Shown here: positions 1 to 9,592 of the stretch, one piece after another
Numbering within the stretch: the stretch's first letter is position 1
How the letters are laid out: each line of letters starts with the position of its first letter
Virus record (IMG/VR): IMGVR_UViG_3300012952_000115
Span: 1 to 26,238 of that record
Reading direction: 5' to 3' (one strand)
DNA: 26,238 bases
Source: a virus
Lineage: Duplodnaviria; Caudoviricetes
The notes under the pieces: model-generated
Seen by the model: only the letters and a program-made list of their open reading frames with translations
Database searches by the model: none
Told to the model about the DNA's origin: nothing
Translations under genes and position numbers: made by a program

Positions 1-126
1 AGAGAAGAGCTTAAAAACACTCTTGATGAACTCACATATCAAAAGCTTATGGAAAAGGATGCCGCGATTACAGACACGGCGCAAAAGATACAGGAAAAGG
101 TGCCTTTGCCGATTATTGTGGGATAG
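1..126 (+). CDS. 3' end of neck/head-tail connector protein (T4 gp13-like), partial
   Basis: Frame 1 is open from base 1: REELKNTLDELTYQKLMEKDAAITDTAQKIQEKVPLPIIVG*. The helical C-terminus ending P-x-P-hydrophobic-G and the position directly before a gp14-like gene fit gp13. Not in the ORF track. Confidence 0.7.
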   Translation, partial: REELKNTLDELTYQKLMEKDAAITDTAQKIQEKVPLPIIVG

Positions 127-138
127 GAGGACTGATGT

Positions 139-627
139 ATGGGTAGTAATAAATGGAAACAGCCAGATCAGCCGCCTCCTCCGCTCTTTGCAGGAAAGAA
201 AGAACGCGATTTAGTCAAGCAAGTTAATGACGAGCTTGTTGAACGCGTTGTAGGGCAGCAGGTTGTGTATTATCCAATCGATGTTGGTCTTACGAACTAC
301 CACGATATATATGGGGAAGCCATTGAGAAGACTTTTCTACCACCGATCAGAGTTTACGCCTTAGTCGAGTGGGATGGCATACGCACCAAAACCGGGAACA
401 CTGGTATGGACAAAGATTCTTCGATGACTGTGCATTTTCACAGAAGACGCCTGACGGAAGACCAAGAGCTGTATGTGCGTGAAGGAGACTTTGTTAAATA
501 CGGAGATATATACTATGAAATCGTAACGCTCACAGAACCCCGCGCATTATTTGGCCAAGTTGACCATAAAATGGAAATTTCCGCTAAGTGTATTCGAGCA
601 CGCGAGGGTCTTTTCGATGCAACATAA
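139..627 (+). CDS. neck protein / head closure (T4 gp14-like)
   Basis: GQQVVYY, DIYGE and REGDFVKYGDIYYEIV resemble the gp14 family; GGAGG SD at 126-130; synteny. Confidence 0.75.
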   Translation: MGSNKWKQPDQPPPPLFAGKKERDLVKQVNDELVERVVGQQVVYYPIDVGLTNYHDIYGEAIEKTFLPPIRVYALVEWDGIRTKTGNTGMDKDSSMTVHFHRRRLTEDQELYVREGDFVKYGDIYYEIVTLTEPRALFGQVDHKMEISAKCIRAREGLFDAT

Positions 628-640
628 GGAGCGCACTTAA

Positions 641-1501
641 GTGTCTAAAATTAAAGAATACGAATTAATGCCATCAACGATTGAAACGATTGACCGCGCT
701 CTGTTTGAGTGGTTGAGCGACGATGTCAATGCGCATGCAACTACAAACAAAGGTTGGAAAAAAGTCCCAGTAATATGGTTATCGGCAGAACGAAATTATC
801 AAATCAAACACGATAAAGAATTACGAGATTCATCCGGATCTTTAAAGCTGCCGCTGATCTCGATCGAAAGAACCAGCATAGTTAAGGATTTAAGAAATAA
901 AGGTTCACATTATGCAGCACTACCAGAAAATGTCGGAAACTCGACAGACGATCTATTATCTGTGCAGGGCGGAGTAAGACAGATTTCTCGAAGGATCGAG
1001 CAGAAAAAGACATCTAATTTTGCAAATGAGACCGTAAACAAACATGCGAATGTTGGAGTGAAGACGCCGAACAAGAAGGTTGTCTATGAGTCGATCCTGA
1101 TCCCATTACCGGTCTATATCAATGTGACATATAGCGTCACTGTCAAGACGGAGTATCAACAACAAATCAACGATATTTTATCGACCATCATTAATAAACC
1201 TAACAGCTCTGGTATTGATTCGGTACTTATCTCTAGCGATGGTCACGATTATGAAACCTTTATTGATGGGAAATATAATCTAGTTAGCAATTCAAAAGAT
1301 GTCGGCGAATCGGAAAAGGATTACGAGGCAAAAATATCGATTAGAGTGTTGGGATATATAGTGGGCTCCGGTGACAACGATGATCGTCCCAAGGTTTCCG
1401 TGAGAGAAAACGCAGTTGAAGTAAAAATATCTCGTGAAAGGTCGGCGCTCGGTGATATTAATCCCTATTTAGATACTGATAAGGATTACCGCAAAATTTA
1501 G
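641..1501 (+). CDS. tail terminator / sheath stabiliser (T4 gp15-like)
   Basis: KVPVIW, LPLISIERT and PVYINVTYSVTVKTEYQQQINDIL are gp15-like; GTG start with AAGGAG SD; lies between neck and sheath genes. Confidence 0.7.
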   Translation: MSKIKEYELMPSTIETIDRALFEWLSDDVNAHATTNKGWKKVPVIWLSAERNYQIKHDKELRDSSGSLKLPLISIERTSIVKDLRNKGSHYAALPENVGNSTDDLLSVQGGVRQISRRIEQKKTSNFANETVNKHANVGVKTPNKKVVYESILIPLPVYINVTYSVTVKTEYQQQINDILSTIINKPNSSGIDSVLISSDGHDYETFIDGKYNLVSNSKDVGESEKDYEAKISIRVLGYIVGSGDNDDRPKVSVRENAVEVKISRERSALGDINPYLDTDKDYRKI

Positions 1502-1557
1502 ACGATTAGTTATATCTCGTAGAAACATAAGAAATTTGGAGTTTCATAAATTTCACA

Positions 1558-1565
1558 ACTATTTA
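1558..1565 (+). promoter_or_regulatory. candidate late promoter ACTATTTA
   Basis: The RCTAHWTA motif recurs upstream of several virion genes (see findings); CTAAATA is also present at 1594-1600. Confidence 0.45.
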
Positions 1566-1632
1566 CTAACGATAAAATAGTGTAACTAATCCACTAAATA
1601 TGCATTTTTATTAAATGAGGAGATAACATAGA

Positions 1633-4600
1633 ATGTCAGTAAAAGGTTATCGGTTCGTATCGCCCGGAATTTTTCTAAAAGAGGTAGATCGATCTGTATT
1701 AGAGGCAGCCAGACCAGAGCGCGGCCCGCTGCTCGTTGGAAGGTTTAGACAGGGCCCAGGAATGAGGCCCGTCACAGTTACAAGCTACTCAGAGTTTGTT
1801 AGAATATTCGGTGCACCGCACCCCGGAGGCGCAGCCTCTGATGCATGGCGCGGCTCAGCGCACGGAGGCCCGACTTATGCTGCATATGCGGCCGAAGCTT
1901 GGCTCAACGCCGGCGTATCACCGCCAACCATTTTGCGTCTCTTGGGCGAACAATCGATTGGCGCAACCACGGCAGGAAATGCTGGCTGGGAAACCAAAAA
2001 CTCCTCTGGTACCATAGTCAGTCATGTTACCCCCACCGGCGCCAGCACAGGTAACGCTTCTGTGTTGAGTACAAATGGCGGCGCCTATGGACTTTGGATG
2101 TGGCCTTCTGGCTCACAAGGAACCTTGGCTGATTCAACAGTCGTACCAGCAATTCCTCCCGCCGGCGGAAGTGATTCCGCGAGCCAGAAGCAGATTGCTT
2201 ATGAAGGCGCAGCTGTCCCTCAGATGACCGGCTCTCTTGCTGCCGTATGGTATTTAACTGAAGGCGCAATCGTGCTGGAAGGAAAGGCCACCAACGGAAC
2301 AACAGATGCATCGGGCTCGGCTTGGATGGGCCGTTCTAGTGTCATCTCCGGAGATGCTAAGAATACCTTCACAGCCAGAATTTTTGATAGTGCTGGCGAC
2401 AGTAATGTTTATAAGTTTAATTTTGATCCCGATTCGGAACACTATATTAGAAGAGTTTTCAATACAGATCCTGCTCGTACAAGCAACGATGTCTATGGGT
2501 CCGATCGGGCAACCTATTGGTTAGGAGAGTGTTTCGAACAAGAGGTACTCCATAATGTTAATATGTATAGCGGATCTGCATGGTCTGGAGTCGACGGAGT
2601 TGTGGATCTATCGGATTCGAGCATTCGTGACCGATGCGTCAAGGGTGCTGCACAATATTACAACAAGCCCGGTGGCCAAATGGGCATGCTTCTTGGACTC
2701 GGCAACAGTAACGCTGAGTGGCAAATGCATAGAGAAGACTGGGCCGATGGTAGGACAGGGTGGTTTATTGCCCAAGATACCGGTACCGCAACGGATTTCA
2801 ATGCTGAGAACGCACAGAAACTATTTAGATTGATTGGAAGAAACCACGGCGAATGGCTGCAAAACAACATGAAGGTTTCGATCGAGAACATTTTACCCTC
2901 CAACAACACAAAATATCGTTATGGCTCGTTTGATGTTGTTCTTAGAAGATTGGGTTCGAAGGACGATGCCAACGGCGCCGTCGAAGTTTTTGCTGGATGT
3001 AACTTAGATATTGATTCGGTTAATTATGTCGGTCGTCGCATTGGCGACAAATACGAAGAATGGGACAGCACCAGCGAGAGGATGAGAACTTACGGAACTT
3101 ATGATAATATGTCCGACTTTGTTCGAATTGAAATTGATGACTCTGTTAAAAATGGCGCACTCGCTCAAGAATTAGTTCCTTGGGGCGTTTTTGGCCCACC
3201 TGTAATGAAGGGAGTTGCTATCCGTCCCGGCAAGTCTGACGGCTTCAAAGCTATTAGCGACGGTTCAACCGCTTTCGCCAACGCATTCGTTGAAGGTTCG
3301 GGCTCGATTCCGTATATTGGTCACGATCTGGCCGATTGCGCTAAGGACTCGGCGGACACGGATCTCGTGCGCGCCGGCCAGCCGGAAGTTTCCATCGGCG
3401 GACATCCGACCGACAATCGATTTGATATTCGATTCCCAAGACCAAAGCTTGTTCTTTGTGCAGACACCGGCGACACAAGCCGCCACTCTCACTTAGGCGT
3501 TGATTGGTGTAAGGCAGACGATCCGGCCAAAGATATACCAGCAATGGGTAATCTTGAGCCAAGCTTGAGAGACTGTCTCCGCCGCTTACCAGAGTACTAT
3601 GCGGCCAACATGGACGATCCGCATGCTAACGATATGGAATATTCTTGGGTATTTACTTTAGATGATGTGCAATTGGAATACGGCGCTGGCTCTACTGGCG
3701 ATTTAGGGTTCGAAGCTAAGGCATATTATGTCTCGGGCTCTCGCCAGAACAGCACCACTGTGGATCCCGGCCACCGACCAAGTCTCAACTTTCGTAGTTG
3801 GTCAGCAATTCACGGCGCCCTTGACGGTACCGAAGGATTACATCTCTTTGGCTATAACCAATTTACAACGGTTTTCCATGGCGGCCACGATGGTCTCGAT
3901 ATACAAGAGGTGGAGCCTTTCCGCAACACTTATTTGGACGATGCGTCCGGAGATAAGACTGTAAACTATGCATACAACACGGTTTTTCGTGCCCTGCAGA
4001 CAGTCCAAGATCCGGAATATGTCGAATATAACATTTTGTCTGTGCCCGGCCTGACTGAACCTAATCTTACTAAAAAGGTTGTTCAGGTTTGCGAAGATCG
4101 AGCAGACGCCTTAGGCGTTATCGATGTTAACGGAGGATTCCAGCCAAGACACGAGTCTAGCGCAAGTCCTTCTGCTCGCCGCGGCTCTGTTAAGACCATT
4201 GCTAGCAACATGAAGAGCAGGGAACTAGATAGCAGCTACGGAGCGGCATATTATCCATGGGCTCAGGTCCGAGATAATCGTTCTGGCCGCCGTCTTTGGG
4301 TTCCGCCTTCTGTAATCGGCGTCGGCGTGTTAGGAAACTCACAAGCTAAATCTGAGATTTGGTTCGCCCCTGCCGGATTTATTCGCGGAGGCCTTTCTAG
4401 CCAAGGTACCCGACCGGGTGCCGCTGGACTCAAGGTACTCAATGTACACGAGAGATTAACCTCTTCGGACAGAGATACATTGTATGACCAAAGCGTCAAT
4501 CCGATCGCTAAGTTCCCGTCCGAAGGTCTTGTAGTGTTCGGTCAGAAGACCCTTCAGTTGGTCCCATCGGCTCTCGACAGGATCAATGTCAGAAGACTTC

Positions 4601-4920
4601 TACTGTATGTGAAGAAGGAAATTTCCATCATTGCTGCGCAAACGATCTTCCAACCTAATGTTCAAGTTACATGGGATTCATTTAAATCTAAAGCCGACAG
4701 ATTCTTGGCAGATGTGCAAGCTAGGTTCGGCCTGACTGACTATCTCGTCAAGCTCATGGACGACCCGACCCCCAGCCCGTCAGGAGTTGGTACTGTGACT
4801 GATGATTTGGTCGACCGAAATGTAATGTATGCTCAGATTTATCTCAAGCCGGCCAAGGCTATCGAGTTCATCGCCATCGACTTTATTATTACTAAAAGTG
4901 GAGCATCTTTTACGGACTAA
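1633..4920 (+). CDS. contractile tail sheath protein (T4 gp18-like)
   Basis: N-terminal FVSPGIFLKEVD; C-terminal YGAAYYPW, WFAPAGFIRG, VNPIAKF, VVFGQKTLQ, SALDRINVRRLL and KPAKAIEFIAIDF are sheath hallmarks. Confidence 0.97.
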   Translation: MSVKGYRFVSPGIFLKEVDRSVLEAARPERGPLLVGRFRQGPGMRPVTVTSYSEFVRIFGAPHPGGAASDAWRGSAHGGPTYAAYAAEAWLNAGVSPPTILRLLGEQSIGATTAGNAGWETKNSSGTIVSHVTPTGASTGNASVLSTNGGAYGLWMWPSGSQGTLADSTVVPAIPPAGGSDSASQKQIAYEGAAVPQMTGSLAAVWYLTEGAIVLEGKATNGTTDASGSAWMGRSSVISGDAKNTFTARIFDSAGDSNVYKFNFDPDSEHYIRRVFNTDPARTSNDVYGSDRATYWLGECFEQEVLHNVNMYSGSAWSGVDGVVDLSDSSIRDRCVKGAAQYYNKPGGQMGMLLGLGNSNAEWQMHREDWADGRTGWFIAQDTGTATDFNAENAQKLFRLIGRNHGEWLQNNMKVSIENILPSNNTKYRYGSFDVVLRRLGSKDDANGAVEVFAGCNLDIDSVNYVGRRIGDKYEEWDSTSERMRTYGTYDNMSDFVRIEIDDSVKNGALAQELVPWGVFGPPVMKGVAIRPGKSDGFKAISDGSTAFANAFVEGSGSIPYIGHDLADCAKDSADTDLVRAGQPEVSIGGHPTDNRFDIRFPRPKLVLCADTGDTSRHSHLGVDWCKADDPAKDIPAMGNLEPSLRDCLRRLPEYYAANMDDPHANDMEYSWVFTLDDVQLEYGAGSTGDLGFEAKAYYVSGSRQNSTTVDPGHRPSLNFRSWSAIHGALDGTEGLHLFGYNQFTTVFHGGHDGLDIQEVEPFRNTYLDDASGDKTVNYAYNTVFRALQTVQDPEYVEYNILSVPGLTEPNLTKKVVQVCEDRADALGVIDVNGGFQPRHESSASPSARRGSVKTIASNMKSRELDSSYGAAYYPWAQVRDNRSGRRLWVPPSVIGVGVLGNSQAKSEIWFAPAGFIRGGLSSQGTRPGAAGLKVLNVHERLTSSDRDTLYDQSVNPIAKFPSEGLVVFGQKTLQLVPSALDRINVRRLLLYVKKEISIIAAQTIFQPNVQVTWDSFKSKADRFLADVQARFGLTDYLVKLMDDPTPSPSGVGTVTDDLVDRNVMYAQIYLKPAKAIEFIAIDFIITKSGASFTD

Positions 4921-4933
4921 AATGATGGCAAGG

Positions 4934-4941
4934 ACTATATA
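4934..4941 (+). promoter_or_regulatory. candidate late promoter ACTATATA
   Basis: Motif variant in the short sheath-tube spacer, followed by an AAGGAG SD. Confidence 0.4.
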
Positions 4942-4963
4942 ATATTAAGGAGAAAATAATATA

Positions 4964-5617
4964 ATGGCAACATTCTGGAAAAACGCTTCGCAAGAGCCAA
5001 AAAGAGCTTATAGGTGGTTCATTGGTTTTGAAACCCTGGGTTCCCTCACTGATGGTTCTGGACTACAGTATGCGTGTAAGCGCGTCGATCGTCCGTCTAT
5101 ATCGGTCTCGGAAACAGAGCACACATATATCAATCATAAGTTTTATTATCCCGGCCGCGTTGAGTGGAATGAAGTTTCCGTATCCTTTGTCGATGTTGTC
5201 GGCGCCGACGGCGCCGCAGATGTGTTCATGAAGATGCTCGTTGATGCTGGGTACAATCTTCCAGCCTCCGATGATGGCGAAGCATCGTCGATGCACACTC
5301 TCGGAAAAGAGTCTTTACACAAGCAGCTTGGCGATGTATACATCTACATGGTTAACGCAAACGGAGATGTGCACGAACAGTGGACGCTAAAAAATGCATT
5401 CTTCAAGAGCGTCCGCCTCTCTGGGTTAGACTATGGCAGCGACGAGATGCTAACAGTAGACACTTCTATCAGATATGACTGGGCCGAATATTCACGCGCC
5501 GGCGCAAACGGTACCGTCGGCGGCGGACATGCCGGCGATGATGTATCCAGCATAGCAGGCACGACTCTGTTTGCCCCTGGATCCTCCGACCCAGTCAGCG
5601 ACGACGGCAACGGCTAA
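4964..5617 (+). CDS. tail tube protein (T4 gp19-like)
   Basis: EPKRAYRW, YYPGRVEWNEVSVSFVD, WTLKNAFFKSV, LDYGSDE and IRYDWA; directly after the sheath. Confidence 0.93.
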   Translation: MATFWKNASQEPKRAYRWFIGFETLGSLTDGSGLQYACKRVDRPSISVSETEHTYINHKFYYPGRVEWNEVSVSFVDVVGADGAADVFMKMLVDAGYNLPASDDGEASSMHTLGKESLHKQLGDVYIYMVNANGDVHEQWTLKNAFFKSVRLSGLDYGSDEMLTVDTSIRYDWAEYSRAGANGTVGGGHAGDDVSSIAGTTLFAPGSSDPVSDDGNG

Positions 5618-5657
5618 TAAACAATATACAATATTAACAAGGCACTACGAAATGTGC

Positions 5658-5665
5658 TATAAATA
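5658..5665 (+). promoter_or_regulatory. exact T4 late-promoter consensus TATAAATA
   Basis: TATAAATA 33 nt upstream of the 5699 start, in an AT-rich spacer, so a chance match is possible. Confidence 0.4.
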
Positions 5666-5698
5666 TAAAAACCAAAATATAAAACATAAGAGGTAAAA

Positions 5699-6571
5699 AT
5701 GGCTAGAAATAACAAGGGCCGTACCAAGCGTGCAGCCCCGCCGGCAGACGCAACCGCAATAACCGCGGAGACAGCCGGCACACAAAATGCGGCATCCACA
5801 GGCCTGTCGTATGTGGTCCCTACAGAGTTCGTAGAACTCCCCAGCCAAGGGCGATATTATCCCGAAGGACATGCCTTGTCCGGACAAGAAGTTGTGGAGA
5901 TTCGTCATATGACAGCTAAGGACGAGGATATATTAACTTCTCGTTCATTACTTAAAAAAGGCTTAGCTATAGACAGGTTAATTCAAAACCTACTTGTTGA
6001 TAAGACGATCGATGTTAATAGCTTATTAGTGGGAGATCGAAATGCAATTTTGATCCAAACAAGAATACACGCCTATGGTCCGGATTATATTACACGCAGC
6101 ATCTGCCCGTCTTGTGGCGATGTCTCTGAAAGCACTTTTAATCTTTTGGAAGTGGAGAACGATATAGGAGAGTGGGCAGACATGAATGTTGATGGCCCGA
6201 CTGAACAGGGTACATTCATAGTTGCGCTGCCAAAGACTGGCCTTCCAGTCGAAGTCAGACTAATGAACGGTCATGATGAGAAGCTTGCTCTAAAGATTAT
6301 AGAAAATCGCAAGAAAAATAAACTAGCAGAAACTTCCGTAACCAGCCAAATGAAACAGTACATTGTTTCTATTGACGGGCACACAAATCGTAGTGAGGTC
6401 GGTAAATTTGTCGATAATATGCCAACTCTAGACGCACAATATTTGAGAGTTGCCTATAACGCACTTGTCCCAAATGTAGATATGGCTCTGCCTTTTCGTT
6501 GCGCAGAGTGCGAGACAGAATCTCGACTGGAGGTTCCGTTTACCGCGGACTTTTTTTGGCCTAACCGATGA
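5699..6571 (+). CDS. baseplate hub assembly / tail assembly chaperone (T4-like gp26 family) with Zn-binding Cys pairs
   Basis: VELPSQG, IRHMTAKDEDIL, DRNAILIQTRIHAYG, CPSC...CAEC and C-terminal DFFWP; lies between tube and tape measure. Confidence 0.75.
   Translation: MARNNKGRTKRAAPPADATAITAETAGTQNAASTGLSYVVPTEFVELPSQGRYYPEGHALSGQEVVEIRHMTAKDEDILTSRSLLKKGLAIDRLIQNLLVDKTIDVNSLLVGDRNAILIQTRIHAYGPDYITRSICPSCGDVSESTFNLLEVENDIGEWADMNVDGPTEQGTFIVALPKTGLPVEVRLMNGHDEKLALKIIENRKKNKLAETSVTSQMKQYIVSIDGHTNRSEVGKFVDNMPTLDAQYLRVAYNALVPNVDMALPFRCAECETESRLEVPFTADFFWPNR
6551..6557 (+). other. candidate programmed frameshift site (T7 run)
   Basis: GAC TTT TTT TGG near the end of the 5699 ORF. The +1/-2 frame reads FFGLTDEY and continues into the 6576 ORF. 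Confidence 0.55.
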
Positions 6572-6575
6572 GTAC

Positions 6576-6758
6576 ATGGCTCAGGTATATGAAGAGTTTT
6601 TCTTACTAAAATATCATGGCGGCTGGAGCTTGTTTGAATTATACAATTTACCAATTGCTCTAAGAAGCTGGTTTGTAGAGCGGTTAGCGAAACAGTTCGA
6701 ACAAGAGAACGAACAAATACAGGAAGCCCAGCGCAGTAGAAAAGCGCCCCGACGATAA
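6576..6758 (+). CDS. small tail assembly chaperone partner (gp51-like / GT-type extension)
   Basis: YEEFFLLKYHGGWSLFELYNLPIALRSWFVERL matches the pattern of the small ORF that follows gp26-like genes in T4-like phages; weak SD. Confidence 0.7.
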   Translation: MAQVYEEFFLLKYHGGWSLFELYNLPIALRSWFVERLAKQFEQENEQIQEAQRSRKAPRR

Positions 6759-6777
6759 AGGTAAAGTTAAAATACCT

Positions 6778-6809
6778 AAGCTGGAACATGTTTCCAGCTT
6801 TTCTTTTTT
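6778..6809 (+). terminator. rho-independent terminator
   Basis: Stem AAGCTGGAA/TTCCAGCTT, 5-nt loop CATGT, followed by TTCTTTTTT. Confidence 0.85.
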
Positions 6810-6814
6810 GTTTA

Positions 6815-6822
6815 ACTAATTA
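6815..6822 (+). promoter_or_regulatory. candidate late promoter ACTAATTA
   Basis: Immediately after the terminator and before the AGGAG SD of the 6839 ORF, where re-initiation is required. Confidence 0.5.
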
Positions 6823-6838
6823 TTTTAGGAGTTTGTAA

Positions 6839-7192
6839 ATGATAGAGCAGAACCAGATCAGTGAAGACAAAATAAATGTTGTGGTCATCGACCTCGATGC
6901 TGTTAATTCCGGCGCCATCAACGAAGGAGGCTTTCTTCGTCAGTTTGGCTGGGCGGTTGAAAAAATTCTAGGACACATGTTTGGATCTGGCGGTGCAATT
7001 CCGGTAAAGGTTAGGGGCAATCCGTCACAAGTCGACGCTTTCGCCAAAGCCCTCGCCGGCGAAAAACGCTATATGGATGCGTGGAAGAGATTCGGCCTAG
7101 ATGATCCCAGAACATATAGCACGAAAGCCTCGTTAGAAAGATCTATCAACCAATTCCAAAGACTTACTGGCTTAGACTGGCCTGTTAGATAG
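6839..7192 (+). CDS. hypothetical protein in tail module
   Basis: 117-aa ORF with AGGAG SD, directly upstream of the tape measure; no recognised domain. Confidence 0.8.
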   Translation: MIEQNQISEDKINVVVIDLDAVNSGAINEGGFLRQFGWAVEKILGHMFGSGGAIPVKVRGNPSQVDAFAKALAGEKRYMDAWKRFGLDDPRTYSTKASLERSINQFQRLTGLDWPVR

Positions 7193-7205
7193 GGGATAGC
7201 TATAT

Positions 7206-9560
7206 ATGAGTTCCGGCGATACATTCAATCCTGACGACATACAGACCGGCGAAGAGCTTAACGAAGTATTAGAACAAGTAGAGCGCTCCGCAAAGAATAC
7301 TGCTGCTGCAATGTCGCAAATGGCCAGTGCTACGAGAGGTTCTGGTCAAGCTGCCGAATATCAAAAGAGAGCAATGCAGGCCCTTGTCAAAGGGCAAGAG
7401 AGGCAAATTTCGCTCCTAAACGCGGCTATCCAAGCCAACAGAGGAAACGCAGATGCAGTAGCTGCGCTGAGAGAAAGACTCGTTGAAGCAACGAGTCAGC
7501 TTCAAGAATATAACGAGGCCATGGAAGCCACCGAAACGATTAACACGGCGGCCGAAAAGGGGCTAAGTAACCTTCGAGGCATGTTTGGCGTAACGAGTGA
7601 TGCGACCGAAAACTTTGTTTTTCAACTTATGGCTATGACCTCTCGCTTGGGAGAAGGCAATCAGCGATTGTTCTCTATGAAGAACGCCATGGGCGCCCTG
7701 ACAACAGCAGCGAACACCTTTTCTAGCTTCTTCGAGCAAGGCTTTATTTTGCTTCTTAAGAAGGGGTGGGATATTGCTGTTGGTATTAACGATGCTCAGA
7801 TGCAATTCGCAAAAACAATAGCAGCTTCTAGCACAGAGCTTACTCAATATAACACCCTGATCAGTCAAGTGACTCAGGCAAACTTGAGATTTGGCGTTTC
7901 TGCACAAGAAGTGGGAGAAGCGTTTGGCTCTTTGTATACGACTGTTACGCAGTTCAGCAGAGAATCAGAAAGAACGCAAAGAATTATGTCTAACACTGTG
8001 AGCTTGCTAATGCAAACAGGAACATCCGCCGATACCGCAGCACAGTCTATGCAAACCATGTATAAGGTGATGGGCATGTCCGGTCGCCAAGCAGAAGCTG
8101 CAACCAGAGAACTGCAAGCATTTGCCATGGCGTTGAATGTTCCGCCCCAGATCGTACAGCGAGACTTTGCACAAATGTCAATGTCTTTGGCGGTTCATGG
8201 CGATAAAATAATGAAGGTCTTCAAGGATCTGCAAGGCATCACAAAAGATACGGGCCTCTCAATGAATCAATTGCTGGCTATCACCTCACAGTTCGATACA
8301 TTCGAAGGGGCAGCGAACGCCGCCGGTAGACTAAACGCAGTTCTTGGTCGCGACCTGTTTAACTCGTTAGAAATGTTAATGACAACTGATCCATATGAAA
8401 GGTTTAGAAAATTAAGAATAGGTATCGAAGAGGCCGCCGGCGCATTCCAAGACATGGAATATTATGAGCGCAAAGCAATCGCCTCTGCAGCAGGTCTGCA
8501 GGATGTTAATGAATTAGCGATGCTGATGTCTGGCAATCTAGAGAACGCAGCTAGTGCCATGTATAAGAATTCCATGTCAGCAGAAGAATTAGCTAATCAA
8601 CAAATGACCCTCATGTCTCTTGGGGAGAAGTGGAACGCCACCTTAGCTGCCATGGCTCCGCAACTTGAACAGTTGATGAACTGGTTGCTGAAGGTAGTTC
8701 AAAAGGTCGCCGACAATATCGATAAATGGAAAGAGTGGGCACCAGCAATTATGGCTGCCTACGGTGCTATCAAAGTGTTCGGTGCAATATTGCCGGCAAT
8801 GCAAGCTGGTCTGCAAATATACACCGCTTCTGCAGGCGCCGCCGCAACCGCGACCGGAGCGTTTACAGCTGCACTTATGGGCGGCGCCCTTGGGATCGGC
8901 CTGATCGCAGCCCTTGGTTATTTAGGAACCCAACTCTTCAAGCCGCAGCATTCACCAAGCATTTATGATGGTGTTGCCGCTTTCGCACCAAGACTTCGCA
9001 GAGCAGGCTCGGCAGCAAGCTCAGCCGCATCGGATTTCCGAAGACTTTCTCAGTCTGTCACGCCTCTGGGTGGCGCCATGGCTTCCAACCTGCAAGCTCT
9101 GCATCAATTTCAAGCTGTCGATGTGAACAATATTAACCATATTGCCGATGCAATTCGAAATGTTGCCCGGGCGGTTAACGAAGTCGATGTCACCAAGTCA
9201 TTCGAGTTCAGGGCATCTATCTCCACATTGGCCAGTCAGCAAGTTTCAGAAGTTGTCACCGCCGCAGTCCAACTAACAAGAGATGATGTGCAACTGGTCT
9301 CTGACTTGGTCACTCAAGCTAACAAATTAGCAGTTGCAAGTACGGTTTCTAACGGAGACGAACTAAGCGCACTCGTACGGGCAGTGGCCCAAGTCGCCCA
9401 ATCGACTCGAAGCGTTGCCGCTGCAGCATCAGCCCCACAAGCAGGTCCGGAAAATGTGGAGGTGACTCTCAAGGTTGCCAACTCAACTTTGGCAAGACAG
9501 GTGGTGCCGATTGTGAATACTGAAATGAGAAGGCAGCAAAATCAGGCGCGCCAGACCTGA
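7206..9560 (+). CDS. tape measure protein
   Basis: 784 aa, Ala/Gln/Met-rich and helical; QFDTFEGAANAAGRLNAVLG; hydrophobic Gly/Ala stretch at about aa 510-575; canonical position after the chaperones. Confidence 0.88.
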   Translation: MSSGDTFNPDDIQTGEELNEVLEQVERSAKNTAAAMSQMASATRGSGQAAEYQKRAMQALVKGQERQISLLNAAIQANRGNADAVAALRERLVEATSQLQEYNEAMEATETINTAAEKGLSNLRGMFGVTSDATENFVFQLMAMTSRLGEGNQRLFSMKNAMGALTTAANTFSSFFEQGFILLLKKGWDIAVGINDAQMQFAKTIAASSTELTQYNTLISQVTQANLRFGVSAQEVGEAFGSLYTTVTQFSRESERTQRIMSNTVSLLMQTGTSADTAAQSMQTMYKVMGMSGRQAEAATRELQAFAMALNVPPQIVQRDFAQMSMSLAVHGDKIMKVFKDLQGITKDTGLSMNQLLAITSQFDTFEGAANAAGRLNAVLGRDLFNSLEMLMTTDPYERFRKLRIGIEEAAGAFQDMEYYERKAIASAAGLQDVNELAMLMSGNLENAASAMYKNSMSAEELANQQMTLMSLGEKWNATLAAMAPQLEQLMNWLLKVVQKVADNIDKWKEWAPAIMAAYGAIKVFGAILPAMQAGLQIYTASAGAAATATGAFTAALMGGALGIGLIAALGYLGTQLFKPQHSPSIYDGVAAFAPRLRRAGSAASSAASDFRRLSQSVTPLGGAMASNLQALHQFQAVDVNNINHIADAIRNVARAVNEVDVTKSFEFRASISTLASQQVSEVVTAAVQLTRDDVQLVSDLVTQANKLAVASTVSNGDELSALVRAVAQVAQSTRSVAAAASAPQAGPENVEVTLKVANSTLARQVVPIVNTEMRRQQNQARQT

Positions 9561-9577
9561 TAAATATTGTTGTTCGG

Positions 9578-9585
9578 GCTACTTA
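9578..9585 (+). promoter_or_regulatory. candidate late promoter GCTACTTA, near-leaderless
   Basis: 7 nt separate the motif from ATG 9593 and there is no SD; ATAAATA is also present at 9560-9566. Confidence 0.4.
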
Positions 9586-9592
9586 TACTATA

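Noticed and set aside
23-214. 63-aa ORF from the track
   Set aside because: Out-of-frame shadow overlapping the gp13-like 3' end and the gp14-like gene.
6551-6563. Classical -1 frameshift at the T-run
   Set aside because: The -1 frame reads CTT TTT TTG GCC TAA and stops at once; only +1/-2 joins the next ORF.
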